DNA of 56,499 nucleotides, filler included, from Dugesia japonica (taxonomy: Eukaryota), in NCBI GenBank assembly GCA_001938525.1. It is 4 parts of 4 records of this genome, joined end to end, with 100 filler letters (N's around TTAATTAATTAA, not from the genome) between each part and the next. Parts side by side here need not be neighbours in the genome. Positions count along the whole stretch, not along the records: positions 15,474 to 26,129 come from MQRL01520607.1; positions 26,230 to 45,390 come from MQRL01641040.1; 2 more parts are not named here. One strand, given 5' to 3'. A program made the position numbers and the translations under genes. Under the pieces are notes generated by a model. That model did not search any database. It saw nothing but the letters and a program-made list of their open reading frames with translations, and was not told the DNA's origin. Positions 24,145 to 36,518 of this stretch are shown here, piece after piece. Positions within the stretch are counted from its first letter, which is position 1, and every line of letters begins with the position of its first letter.

Positions 24145-25560
24145 AAATTCAAGCAATACTTATATGGCAAACGATTTATCGCTAGAACTGATCACAAAGC
24201 TCTGATTTTTCTGAACACAACAAAAAACCGATAAGTCCTCAATTTCAAACTTGGATGGCCAATCTTTCAGAGTATGATTTGGATCTTTAATATAGAAAAG
24301 AAAGTGAGCTTAATAATGCAGATGCTTTATCAAGAAGCTCTGATGTATTATGTTCACAGTGTGAAACGAAACACAAAGATGCCAAAAGCAGTAAGTCAAA
24401 GATTAAATACATAAATAGTCTGGACCAAACATTGAATTTTGTAGACAATATTAAAATTAATCAGAACGACGACATAAATTTCAACGAAATTAAAAGGTAC
24501 TTAATAAGTGAAATTACGTAATGCTCAGAAATCTGTAAAAATATCTACCTGTATAAAAGTATTGAAAAATTGAAAATTATTGATGATTTACTTGTTAAGG
24601 AAGACGGTAAAAATATATTAATTTTAGTACCAATAAATTTTGCTAATGAATTAGTATTAATGATTCACAAAGATTTATGCCATCTTGGAGAAAAAAAGAT
24701 TTTTAATTATCTTAAGGATCATTGTTTTTGGCCACTAATGATGAATACAATACAAGCGTGTTTAAAACAATGTATGGTTTGTGCTAAAAGGAAAATTACT
24801 CAAAGTCGTACTAAAGAAACACTGATTCCTAGACAAAGTCATTATTTACTTGAGCAAATTGTCGCAGACATTGCATATATAGACAAAACTGAGTCTAATA
24901 AAAAGTATCTTGTTATTGTAGACAGATTTAGCAAATTAGTTGGTTTTACAGCAATATCTAATTTGGATGATCAGTCTGTATTTAAAGTTATTTTGAACAA
25001 TTGAATATATCGTTACGGAAAGCCAAGCAGTATTTTGACAGACAGAGGAAAGAATTTTTAATATAATTTTATAAAAGAAAAGAGGTCAAAACTGAATATA
25101 ATACAAGAATTCAGCTCACCTTATCAACACCAATCAAATGGTTTGGTAGATCGAGTGATACGAACTGTACGAGATATAATGACGAAATCAATAAAAAATA
25201 AATGCGAAGAAAGGACTTAGTTTGAATTACTGCGAAGAATTAAATTCAGCATCAATGCAACTCAACAGAATTCGTCTAAATTTTCTCCTTTTGAAATAGT
25301 TTTTGGCCGGAAAATAAATANGCATTCTAAATATAACAATTCAGAAACCGGTTAAACAGAAATAATTGATGAAGCTAGAATAAATTTAGAAAAAGCTGCT
25401 ATAAAAATGAACGTTTTCGAAAACGAAAAAAAGAGGATCTCGGAGTTTTAAGAAGAGAGAGTAGGTTTTGGTACGAGTGGAATCAAACGTAAAGATGAAA
25501 TAAAACAACGAAGAATAGAATGGTTAAAGAAGTGGACAGTTTCTTAAAGAAGGGGAAAGT
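24145..25560 (+). mobile_element. Ty3/Gypsy fragment: RNase H C-terminus, integrase, PPT
   Basis: FKQYLYGKRFIARTDHKAL, NADALSR, HKDLCHLG..CMVC (HHCC), IVADI, VIVDRFSK, LTDRG, SPYQHQSNG and FSPFEIVFG. PPT AAGAAGGGGAAAG near 25547-25559. Confidence 0.92.
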
Positions 25561-25796
25561 TATGGTGTATCGTTAATTAAATTAATANNNNNNNNNNNNN
25601 NNNNNNNNNNNNNNNNNNNNNNNNNNNNNNNNNNNNNNNNNNNNNNNNNNNNNNNNNNNNNNNNNNNNNNNNNNNNNNNNNNNNNNNNNNNNNNNNNNNN
25701 NNNNNNNNNNNNNNNNNNNNNNNNNNNNNNNNNNNNNNNNNNNNNNNNNNNNNNNNNNNNNNNNNNNNNNNNNNNNNNNNNNNNNNNNNNNNNNNN

Positions 25797-25845
<49 letters not shown>

Positions 25846-25866
25846 GTTATTATTATTATTATTATT
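25797..25866. repeat. (TAT)n microsatellite next to a gap
   Basis: Directly visible. Confidence 0.97.
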
Positions 25867-26129
25867 AGATTTATTATCAATCATATATTTTCTGTCTCCA
25901 CTTTTTGCCATTATATTTTCATTATATTCTCTTGTTTGTGATTTACATTATTTTTATTTCGTATTGTAAAATTTATTTTTACTGTTGAATTTTTATCGAT
26001 TAATTGGTTTTTAATTTATTTTTTTTAAATATTTTTTTTCTATGTTATTTTTAAAATTTTTTGTCGACCTCTAGATAAATCTTAAAATCTTTTGGGATTT
26101 TATGCAATTTTTGAAAAATTTTCCATTGA

Positions 26130-26229
26130 NNNNNNNNNNNNNNNNNNNNNNNNNNNNNNNNNNNNNNNNNNNNTTAATTAATTAANNNNNNNNNNNNNNN
26201 NNNNNNNNNNNNNNNNNNNNNNNNNNNNN
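26130..26229. other. Artificial contig spacer
   Basis: 44 N + TTAATTAATTAA + 44 N. Confidence 0.97.
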
Positions 26230-26379
26230 TTTCCCACTACTTTAATATCATTTAATGTCTCTCTCCAGTCAACCACTTATAAAGCAATATTCTCTTCCTC
26301 AGTATTGTCAATTAGTAATGATTCATCAGATTCAATACAAAAGTCCTTGGTTTTTTAAACATCTTTTTCGATTTCAAAA

Positions 26380-27090
26380 TAGATATTCATTTCAACAACC
26401 GAATTAAACAATGGTTAAATCATATTAAAGATTCTGATAAACTGCTGTCCTTTAGAGGTAGTTTTGTATGTTTACTTTCAAACTCGGTTTTTATTTTCAA
26501 ATAGTGGAAACAATTAATGATGGTATTTTTATTGACTTTAAACCAAGAACTTTCTACTAGTTGGATTGCATATATAAGAAATATTTTAAATTCTTCACCA
26601 TTATCAGGCGTTTGTATCCTTTTAGATAATTAATGATTTTCTATAATAAATTTCGAAATTTCTTATCACTTCTTGGTCAAATGGTTGTAAAATGCTCGTT
26701 GTATTCGATGGTAAAAACAACAAATTAATTTGGGTCAACATATCGCTTATATTTGGATGAGCGGTACAATTGTCGACCAATAATATTATTTTTCTACCTC
26801 CTTTTCTTCTAAGTTATGAATTCCATTGGATCATTTCATCTTTAAAGATAATGGAAGTCATCCATGCTTTAGAATTAGCATAGTATTTATATCTCGTCAA
26901 ATTTTGATTTGTAAAACATCTCGGATTCTTACTTTTCCTAATAATTATAGGCTGTCATTTTTTCCTAGTCATGCTTTCACAAAAAGCACTGTTATTTTCT
27001 CATTTGATAGCTTTCCCCTGGTACATTTTTGCCTTTAAACTTATGATTTTTATTTGGAGTAACTTTATAAAAAATTCCAGCTTCATTTTC
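26380..27090 (-). pseudogene. Second Tigger/pogo transposase fragment (DDE_1 core)
   Basis: Minus strand: NEAGIFYK, KSKNPRCF, YYANSKAWMTSIIF, RKIILLVDNCTAHP and LLFLPSNTTSILQPFDQEVIRNFEIYYRK. Confidence 0.9.
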
Positions 27091-29023
27091 ATCGAAGCTA
27101 TCAAAAGTTTTGAGAAACCCAAATGCGTAAAGAACCTGAGAAGGTTCCTCGGAATATGCCATTATTACAGAAGATTTATTAAGAATTATTCAAAGAAATC
27201 AAGAACCCTAGAAGATTTATGTGGGAGCAAAAGCACGAAGCTAATATGGTCAGATGGATGTGAGAAAGCTTTCGCAGAAATGAAACAAGCACTGCTAGAA
27301 GCATCTATTTTAGGATTTCCTGATATAAAGAAGACATTTATTTTAGATCCTGACGCCAGCTTCGACGTAATAGGAGCGGTCTTATCACAAAATGATGATG
27401 ATGGAAGAGAAAGAGTTATTGCTTACGGCTCACACGCAAGGACATCACATGAGAAGGGTTAGTGTGCCACACGGAAAGAATTACTAGTAATCTATTACTT
27501 CTGCAACCACTTTAAACATTTTTTATATGGAAAATAATTCATAACTAGAACAGATAACAAAGCCATCGTATTCATGAAAAAGACGAACAAACCGATAACA
27601 CTTCAATTCCAGACATTGATGAATTACCTTAGCAGTTAGACATTGAACTAATATAAAGACAAGGATAAAAAATACAAACGCAGATATGCTCTCAAGAATG
27701 AAATGTGGAAAGTGCACTCAATGTCAAATGTAACATGAAGATCCAAAGATTGGGAAGATGAAAACAAGACAGATAGAGATGTAAAAGATAAAGAGATGTA
27801 AATGGCAAGAAGAAATAGAGGAAGGCAAACTAATCAAACGAGTTATTCAAGAAGAAAAGGATTCAAAGTATAGAGTCAAAAGTAATATAGTGAAAACAAG
27901 TGATGGGAAAATTTGGATTTCAAAAGAGAAAAGAATATCAAAGATCAAAGAGATACGTATATTGTTAATATATGCAGGAACAGAGAAAATGATCAGCTAT
28001 ATAATCAGAAACTACGACATGGAAAAACTAAAGAAGACAATAACAGAAGTGATAAGACAGTGTGAAGCGTGCCAAAAGAACAAAGTTAATACAGTGGCAA
28101 CAAAAGAAACAACAGTAAAATTAAGCGCAAATTGTCCATTTGAAAAGATATATATGGACATATGTGGGCTTTTTCGAGAGACTATGAACAGACTAAGATA
28201 AATATGTTGAATAATAAACCAATACAGTCGATACGTAAGCCTAACGGCAATAAGCAAGCAAGATGATGAGACAATTAAAAACGTGAAATTGGAAGTTCGC
28301 GTAGTCAGCTGTAAGACATTTGAATCGAAAAACTTCAAGAATATAGAAATACACTTTTCAAGTCCATACCATCACAATACAAATAGAATTATAGAGAGAC
28401 ATTCCGCACAATTAGAGACTGTATTAACGCAGCCGCAGATGAAGATAGAAAGAATTGGAGTAACATGATACCGGAGATTAAATACCTGATGGATGCGACA
28501 AGGCAAAATACATTGGGGATATTACCAGCAGAATTAGTATTCAGTAGGAGAATTCACAGAGAAAAATGGTTTAACAGCCATAAAGATGACAAAACGTTAA
28601 TGGAAGAAACAACTACAAAAATACAATTGTAAGTGGGAGACGAAGGATTGATTAAACTATAAACTAGAACAAAAGACAATGAAAGATACGCTGGTCCATA
28701 CAAGTTCAAGGATAAGGTACATGAGAGAAGATATCGTATATGAAATACAAAGGGAAAAGAGCTAGAAAAGAATGTAGAAAAGCTTAAAAATTCTTTTATT
28801 CGAGGGGGGTGTAAGGATTAAAAATTAAAAATCGCAATTTAAAGTTTAAAGAAAATGTTTTAAAAGATTTCAAGAATTTTTTTAAATATTTAAAATGTTT
28901 GTTTAAATATTCAGCTTTTAAAAACATAGTTTTTTGGAAGATTTTAAGATTTGAAATTTTGTGTTATAAATATAAATTTATTGAATTTAATGGACTTTTA
29001 TGAAAGTTTATAAGTAACTAACA
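27090..29023 (+). mobile_element. Ty3/Gypsy 3' half: RT connection, RNase H, integrase, PPT, 3' LTR (~28810-29023)
   Basis: LRRFLGICHYYRRFI, FILDPDASFDVIGAVLSQ, CEACQK, PFEKIYMDICG and SPYHHNTN. PPT GAGGGGGG at 28802-28809 is followed by TGTAAGG...TAACA. Confidence 0.9.
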
Positions 29024-29029
29024 ATGTAG

Positions 29030-29346
29030 ATGGAGTATCAAAAGCATTGACAATAGGTCCTCCTTTCATTTTTTTATTTATGATCTTTAGGAACACAGTA
29101 CATAGATGATGGAACTGGTTCATGACATTTAATTGTTAAAAATAAAGATTTTATTCGGTCTTCATATTTCTCTGAAATTTTAATCAATTCTTTATTAAAT
29201 TTATTCATTTCAGTAATTGGTAGTCTTTTATGGATGATGGTCTCATAATTATTCAGATGTTTAGAGAAGAAATCATCGTATATCTGTTCAGGTAAAGCTA
29301 CCAATTTATTTGTTTTGTCCGTTGAAGTGATGATGATTGATTTCAA
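29030..29346 (-). pseudogene. Penelope-like element RT N-terminal fragment
   Basis: IIITSTDKTNKLV...Y...P...MYCVPKDHK*KMKGGPIVNAFDTP. The nucleotide sequence is related to 47300-47530. Confidence 0.85.
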
Positions 29347-29736
29347 ATTCTTTTATAATTACAGTTATTATGAGAATAATTTGTTGGACTTAACCATTGA
29401 TCGCATTTGAGATTTCATTGAAATAAGAAAAATCTTCGATCGAAATAAAATTTATTTGTATAAAGGTTCAAGTTTTCGACAAAAGTCTTCTTCAGGAACA
29501 TGTTGGCTTCTTGATATATTCAATACAATATATCTTTGTTACTCAATTTTTTAAATTTTATCGAAATTTTATTGGTTTATTTTTTTTATTAATTTTTTTT
29601 TTTAAATCAACTCAAAAAATTTAAAAATATTTTTTTAATTAATACAGAAAAGTCTTTAAGATATTTTAGATGTATTATACTTATAATTTTTTAATTTTAA
29701 ATTTTTGTATTTAATTGTTTTATTACATTTTATTAA

Positions 29737-30402
29737 TTAATTATTAATTTCATTGTGGCCATAGGCCATAGTCTTTTTTTTCAATCCAAAAACGTTTGTC
29801 ATCCAGACATGATAACATGATTTTTTACTTTCCACCGTAAATAATTGATGGTTGATTGGCCGGAAACTGCTTTGATTAACTTTTATTTCTTCTTCGCCGT
29901 CTTCATTATTATATGAATCCAAGTAATTTTGATTTTGTATACCAGTTTGCTTAAAACTGATTCCTTTTGCCTACATTGATGCATCACCATCTTTTTTCTT
30001 AAGACTGTAGCATTTTGGACGAAAAACTATCCACTCAGTATAGTTTTCTCATTGCCCTTCATCCTTAAATAGACCGATCTTGTTGGCTACTTCACTTGAG
30101 TAGAGTGGATGATCCTTTTGATAATTACTAGTGTCTAGTAGACTATCTGATTTCAACTCTGATAAAAGCTGATTTTTATCCACCCCAGAGCATTCAAGAA
30201 TAAAGCTATATGTATCACCAACAACAATATAAATGGTTCACTTAATCTGCTGGCGATACTCTTCCAATCCTTCATATTGAAGCTTTTATATTCTCAGTTT
30301 GCTCAAATCCAGCACCACCTGACCAATATTGCTCGGGCGACTTAAGCATATATTGTCTTTATCCAAGAAGATCGCTTCAAATTCATCAGCAATGTCAACC
30401 GT
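29737..30402 (-). pseudogene. Polinton B protein-primed DNA polymerase B, C-terminal part
   Basis: RPSNIGQVVLDLSK, GDTYS (YxDTDS), LDTSNY, IGLFKDE, RPKCYS, AKG and TMAYGH. Confidence 0.9.
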
Positions 30403-32350
30403 AGTAGGTAGATAGAGCACACCGGCACAATTTTAAAAATCACCCCCCTCTCTTCCCCTGGGGAAGGCTTGGAAACACATTACGCTTGAGCTGCGTTTTT
30501 GAGACATGATTTTTGTGCTCGTATTTTTTCTAAGATTTTTTGGATCAAAACATTTTTGATCGGATCTGTTTTATATCCTGAAAGTGTGTGTGTGTGTGTG
30601 TGTTAGAGTGGAAAAAACGAGGAGGAGGAGCTAGAGATCTTGGAGATAATTTTTTTGTAGTTTTAAAGATTTGGTTGTGGTTGGACAAAAATTTGGTCTA
30701 TATATTGTTTAAAGGACTTATGAGTTTGGATGGATGGTTTGTGCTACAAGAGTAGTGGCACACGGGCACAGTCGTATGAGTTATCGTGGATAGTTTTTAT
30801 TGAGGCTGTAGGTTTGTATGTGGTTGATGGAATTTGTTGGTTGAAGGTTTTTTGGAGAGGTAATGTGATGGGAAAGATGTTGGTTGTCAAATGTGCTTTG
30901 ATTTTTTATTTTAGGGCTACTATTTGATTGGTTTATTTTGTAAGTAGTATAAGTGTGTTAAAAAATTTTCGTGAGGTGGAGGTTGGTATGTGTGGAAANA
31001 GAATTAATTATCGGATTTTAAAAGATTTATTTGAAATTTTTCTGTCGGGTGGTTATGACGTCATAATATTTGGAAATCTTTATTTTGGTTAAAATTGCTG
31101 TATTTTGCTTAAATTGATGAATTTAATGGAAGTAATTATATTTTTGAGTATTTGATATATTTTTGGTTATTGTTTCGTTATTTTGAACAGGGAAGGGTTG
31201 TTTTTTAATATTTTCGAACAGGGAAAAGGGAAGTCTTGATATTTTTGAAAACCGTTTTGGCGGCAAATTCAAAAAAAATATTTTTGGCGGGAAATTTAAA
31301 AAAAATATTTTTGGCGGGAAATGCAAAAAAATATTTTGTTTGGAAATTTTTCATTTCATTAGGGGGAAATCTTTTTAATATAATTAAATTAAATTTAATT
31401 TAATTTAATTTATTTAATTTATTTATGTAAGAGATGGGCAGTCTTGATTTTTTTAAGATATTATTACATGATATCGGGTAGTCTTGATATTTTTTAAAAT
31501 ATTATTACAAGAAATTAATGCATAGTATGGGTAGTCTTTATATTTTGTATGGTATGAGCAGTCTTAAAATTTTGAATGTGGAGCCGCTACATTTAACATA
31601 GGATGGGACAGACTTCATATTTGCAAGGTATGAGGCAGTCTAAAATTCAAAGTCATGTGATTTTCAGTGTATGTGTGTTGTATCTGAGTCGCCACTGAGT
31701 TGCATACCTATTGCATTTGTTTTTTAAAAAATCAAAATGGCGGCTATGTTGAGTTTTATAAACTTGCTTTTTGGTGAGAAATTTTTTTAAAAATTCTCAG
31801 ACTTGTGATTTTCCGTGTAAGTGTGTTGCATCCGAGTTGCAACTGAGTCGCATACCTATTGTATTTATTAATAAAAAAAATCCCAGGCATGTAATTTTTA
31901 TTGTATGTGTGTTGGAGCTGTAATACTTCTGAATGGCATTTATGAAAATATGTCTATCAAAAAAAAACTTCAAAGAGGGGAGTCTTTGTGATATTTGCAT
32001 GATACAATATTCAAATTGAAACTTTTCTTTACAAAATGATAAAAACTTAGAACTATTTTCTTAATAAAAAACATTAACTAGGTGATTTTCTATAAAAACA
32101 TATTAGTGATGCAATATTTAATAAAAGTATCATTAGTGTTGCAATTTTTAATAAAAATACTCATTAGTGTTGCAATATTTAAAAAAGTGTCATTAATGTT
32201 CCAAGTTTTAATAAAAATTCACATTATTGTTGCAATTTTTTAATCAAAGTCTAATTAGCGATGCAATGTTTTAGAAAAAACATGTTGATTGAGAACATTT
32301 CTGAAAACATGGAACTTTTTTCAAAAATTCATGGATTCTTTCAAGACATA
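30403..32350. repeat. Polinton A left terminal region with tandem arrays
   Basis: Collinear with 42747-45390. Contains (TG)n, TTTTGGCGGGAAA x3, GCAGTCTTGATATTTT arrays and ~31-bp CATTAGTGTTGCAAT arrays. Confidence 0.88.
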
Positions 32351-32966
32351 TTTACCTAATAAGACTATATAAAAAACTTATAAGAAAATATTTTCATTAT
32401 TGTATAGGGTTTATGAGCATATTATTTGCATAATTACACTGTATTACTATTTACATAGCAACCATGTACTATTTACATAGTGACCCTTTTTTATGTTTTA
32501 TGAGTATATTATTTACATATCAACCGTGTAATAAGATGTCACTATGCAAAATGTATGTTAATTAAATTAATTTATTTAAAATACTGTTTTTTTGTTTACT
32601 TAGTATTATACAAAAATCGTATTTATTTACTTATAAAAAAGAAAACAATTATCCGATAAAACATTTAATAATATAACATTTATTAATAAAACATGTTTTC
32701 ATGATATTCTTCAGTCATCTTAAAAATTCTTTCTTTTAAGACTTCATTTTTTTTAAGACTTTTGACTTGGAGTTGACATGGTTTGCCTGTAGGAAAGCTC
32801 ATTTTCTTTGTTACTTTTTGCGACACTTCACCTCTGTAATTAATATTGGTTATCATAATTAATGAATTAATGAGGAGCATTGGGGTTTTGACGGAGTTAA
32901 TTTAATTTATTCGTTAAAACAAATATAACCAATCTAAAAAACTATGAATAAATTAAAGAAAACAAG

Positions 32967-33562
32967 ATGGAAAAATTAAGAAATGACGCATTCTATCAAA
33001 TTGTAGGACCTAGTGGTATAGGCAAAACTTTGTTTGTATGTCAGTTATTGAAATCAAAGTTATTCAAGTCGAAATTTAAAAACATATACTGGAATAGAGG
33101 CGCAGATGAAGAGCATGTATTGATTAAATCTGAATTTTGTAATATTAAAATGAAAATTATAAATGGTTTTGTTTCTAATTGGAGCAAACGATTAAGACGA
33201 GGTGATGGTATTGTTGTTGATGATTTGTATCAGAAGGCAAACAAAGAAAGAATTTCAATATGTCATTCACAAAGATATTGAGACATCGTAATGTGACTGT
33301 GATATTTATTACTCAAAATCTATTTCATCAAGGAGGTAGACATTAAATTCTCAATTTAAACGTGCCGACTGTTGTTGATTTTCTAGCAAGACAAGCATAT
33401 CCAACTAACAGACAATTTCTTATTGAATCATTTCAAGATGCCACAGAAAAACCACATGGGTATCTATTTCTTGACTTTACACAACAATGTCTAGGTGATT
33501 GTAGAGTAAGGACAGATATAATCAATCCAAAGCGTATCACAATATATAAACAAAATAAGTAA
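32967..33562 (+). pseudogene. Polinton packaging ATPase (FtsK/HerA, A32-like)
   Basis: Walker A IVGPSGIGKT, Walker B IVVDDL, RHRNVTVIFITQNLF and LARQAYP..DATEKPHGYLFLDF. Frameshifted. Confidence 0.92.
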
Positions 33563-33841
33563 TTTTTCATAATATTTCGAAGAATGACAAAATTAAAGAA
33601 ATTTGTAGTTGATCAAGTAACTGATGGTGTTGTAAAACGTCAAAAAATATCTATTGAGAAGAAAATGTATGGAAAAAAGAAGAAACAATCGCATATGAAA
33701 CAACATGCAAATAAAATGCAACAAGTAAATAAAATGAATATGTTTTAAAAACTTGCAAAAATAAGTGGAAAAAAGCTGCAAATAATAAACAAAAAACGAT
33801 TACAAACAAATAAATGGTACGTATTATTTTAATAAATAAAG

Positions 33842-34160
33842 ATGAAATTACAAAGAAGCATTCCGTTTTTTACAGCTTTGATTAAATCATCAAAACCTTT
33901 TAGAATGAAAATTTTACAATCATGCCCACCATATGTTATAGATGATTTATTTGAAATTATTATAAATATTGTTCGTGGCAATGTAGATTTGAGTGAAGCC
34001 AAAAAGAAAACATTGAAGAAACATAAAAAAGACTTTATTAAATCTTTTAAACACAAAAAATAGAAAGTCAATGAGACGAGTAATGAACTATCAAGGTGGT
34101 GGTTTTATAGCAGCATTGCTACCAATTGCATTAGCTGCATTAGGCTTAACTCATTTCTAA
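33842..34160 (+). pseudogene. Small basic Polinton protein (putative core protein)
   Basis: LFEIIINIVRGNVDLS..KKTLKKHK, then after a frameshift YQGGGFIAALLP. This is the typical Polinton small ORF with a QxGG hydrophobic tail. Confidence 0.7.
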
Positions 34161-34399
34161 TAAACAATGGTTGAAATTGAACAATAACATTAACTCAAAT
34201 GAACAATGGGTGGATTACAACCATTATCTAATTTTGACTTGAAATTTGGAATGGAGACAAATATGAAGACAATATAGACGGATCCAAAAAACCTGGCAAG
34301 TTTTTGAAGCAAAGAAAAATTGATGAAAGAAGCTCAAAAATCGAAAAGACAGACAAAAGACTTGTTTATATATTCCTTTGTATATAATCCTTTGTATAT

Positions 34400-35351
34400 T
34401 CAGCCATGCCGATTTACAGTCAATCTAGGATTGATTATGAATTATTTACAATAATTGAGAAGNNNNNNNNNNNNNNNNNNNNNNNNNNNNNNNNNNNNNN
34501 NNNNNNNNNNNNNNNNTCTCAAGACAAATATAAAAATAACAAGGAAACAGTTATACAATTATCGAAAGAAAATGTTTTAGTTTTTACTAGCGATATTACA
34601 TACCACAGTTTATAATTTGAAAATCAGGAAACTATAAAGAGATTTTCATATTTTAGTGGTGAATATGAAAGTACGGATATTAAATTAGTTTTTGATACTA
34701 GTAAAAATTTTGGAGATAAAACAATTTTCTTGGCTTTTAACACTTTAAAAACGACGAATACATTGAAAAAAAAATTAAATATTATTATTCGATTGTAACT
34801 AAACATTCTTTTTAATTCGAATCTGAACTGTATATAAAGGATTTAAATCAACTAAATGACTATTTTAAGAAACAACTTCCTACGTTATTTAAAACATTTT
34901 CATTAAAGCAAGATGAACTATTTGAATTTGATTAGCAAATAGAACTAAAAGTGTTAAATTCGATAAAATCTTAACAAAAACATTAGTATTAAAAGAATCA
35001 CAATATACTAGAATACAATTTAATGATAAACAACTACTATATAAAAGTAATGAGAAACCTAGAATATTAAACTGTTATCATGAAATGTACATCTATTGTA
35101 GTATTGTTGAACCTATAATTGTTGGAGATGTTAATAATCCTTTATTGAAAGCAGTATGGATAGAACAACATGAGAATGATGAGGTTATGCATATAATTGT
35201 TGATCATCCCATGTATTTACCTATTTCTTCGTCATATATAAGCAATATAGAAATTAATATACGTGATGATAGTNNNNNNNNNNNNNNNNNNNNNNNNNNN
35301 NNNNNNNNNNNNNNNNNNNNNCATTTTAGAAAAATTAATAATGAACCCTGA
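34400..35351 (+). pseudogene. Polinton minor capsid (penton) remnant
   Basis: C-terminal MYIYCSIVEPIIVGDVNNPLLK..PMYLPI..ISNIEINIRDD..HFRK. The upstream part is degraded and the start is uncertain. Confidence 0.82.
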
Positions 35352-35778
35352 TATTGTATCATTGTATAGTACTAGTCAAACAGGTGGAGAATTACCTTAC
35401 TTTCTTGGAAAACACTATGGATCTGGTTGGTTACGAACAATAAGGAGCTTTGTTTTGCCTACTTTTAGACGAATTGGTTCTTTTGGTATGAAAACAGCCC
35501 AGGATGTACTAGCTCATGATGGAAAAATACTACACACATTGAAATCTAATGCATTAGCTGAGCTTGGAAATGTAGTTTCTTCCTTACTTAGTGGAGTTAC
35601 CNGCATGATTCTAAAAGTAGCAGGTATATTACCGCAAAGTATAACTAATAAAATACCGAGTGAAATAACTAATATGCTATCAAATAAAGACAAAACACCA
35701 CAAAATAGTAGAATACGAAAGAAATCTCATGTATCACGTATAAACAAACGAATGAGAGGACAAAGGAACAATATTTGA
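35341..35778 (+). pseudogene. Polinton small virion protein with QxGG/GxG motifs and an amphipathic helix
   Basis: YSTSQTGGELPYFLGKHYGSGWLRTIRSFVLPTFRRIG..AQDVL, located between the penton and the major capsid. Confidence 0.75.
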
Positions 35779-35789
35779 AAAATTATTTG

Positions 35790-36397
35790 CTGTAAAACTG
35801 AATTATGTATTTTTGATAGAACATCTTCACAAGCTGTAATTGAAAATGGTACATTCAAATATGTTTTTCCTTTGAATTCAATTTCTGAATCACAAAGCGA
35901 TGTAGAGTTTTTTATAAATAAATCTCAAACTGAATATTTAGATTTGAATGATACTTTATTGTATATTAAAGTCGAGGGGGTTGATAAGGATGATAAATAT
36001 TTGACTGATAAGTATGATTTGGTTCCTAGTAACTATATGTTGCATACACTTTTTAAGGATGTAATTCTTTCGTTTAATAATTTCAAANNNNNNNNNNNNN
36101 NNNNNNNNNNNNNNNNNNNNNNNNNNNNNNNNNNNNNNNNNNNNNNNNNNNNNNNNNNNNNNNNNNNNNNNNNNAGAAGCAGATAGAAAAAAGTCTATTG
36201 CAAAATCAAAACAATTATCACTATGTGGTTCATTGCAACTTGATTTCAGGGATCAACCGAAATACCTTATTCCTGGTGTCAATGTTCATATTTGATAGAA
36301 GCAAACACTTGCTAACATTTGTTTGGAATCTGCAGCCAATGCACCTAAATATGTATTACTAAATGCAAAATTAATGGTTAGACGTGTACGCGTTGAA
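35790..36397 (+). pseudogene. Polinton major capsid (double jelly-roll), N-terminal half
   Basis: KTELCIFD..QAVIE, VEFFI..EYLDLNDTLLYIK, NYMLHTLFKDV, GSLQLDFRDQPKYLIPGV and AKLMVRRVRV. It is cut by a deletion that runs into the right TIR. Confidence 0.88.
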
Positions 36398-36518
36398 GAG
36401 CACAAAATCATGTCTAAAAAAACGCAGCTCAAGCGCAATGATTTTCCGAGCCACCCCTCCCCCATGATAAGGGGTGGTGACTTATTAAATTGTGACCGTG
36501 TGCCATTATCTATTTACT

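Larger units (their letters stand above)
30403..36518 (+). mobile_element. Polinton/Maverick A, internally deleted, inserted in the pPolB of Polinton B
   Basis: It starts AGTAGGTAGATAG (30403), and an inverted copy of the first ~120 bp lies at 36398-36518. It encloses ATPase, core-like, minor capsid and major capsid remnants. Confidence 0.88.

Noticed and set aside
25560-25911. Poly-I/poly-N ORFs (also poly-Y/poly-I at 39349-39636)
   Set aside because: These are a (TAT)n microsatellite plus N runs.
26971-27090. N-terminal hydrophobic extension on an RNase H ORF
   Set aside because: It is read-through from the antisense strand of the adjacent Tigger fragment.
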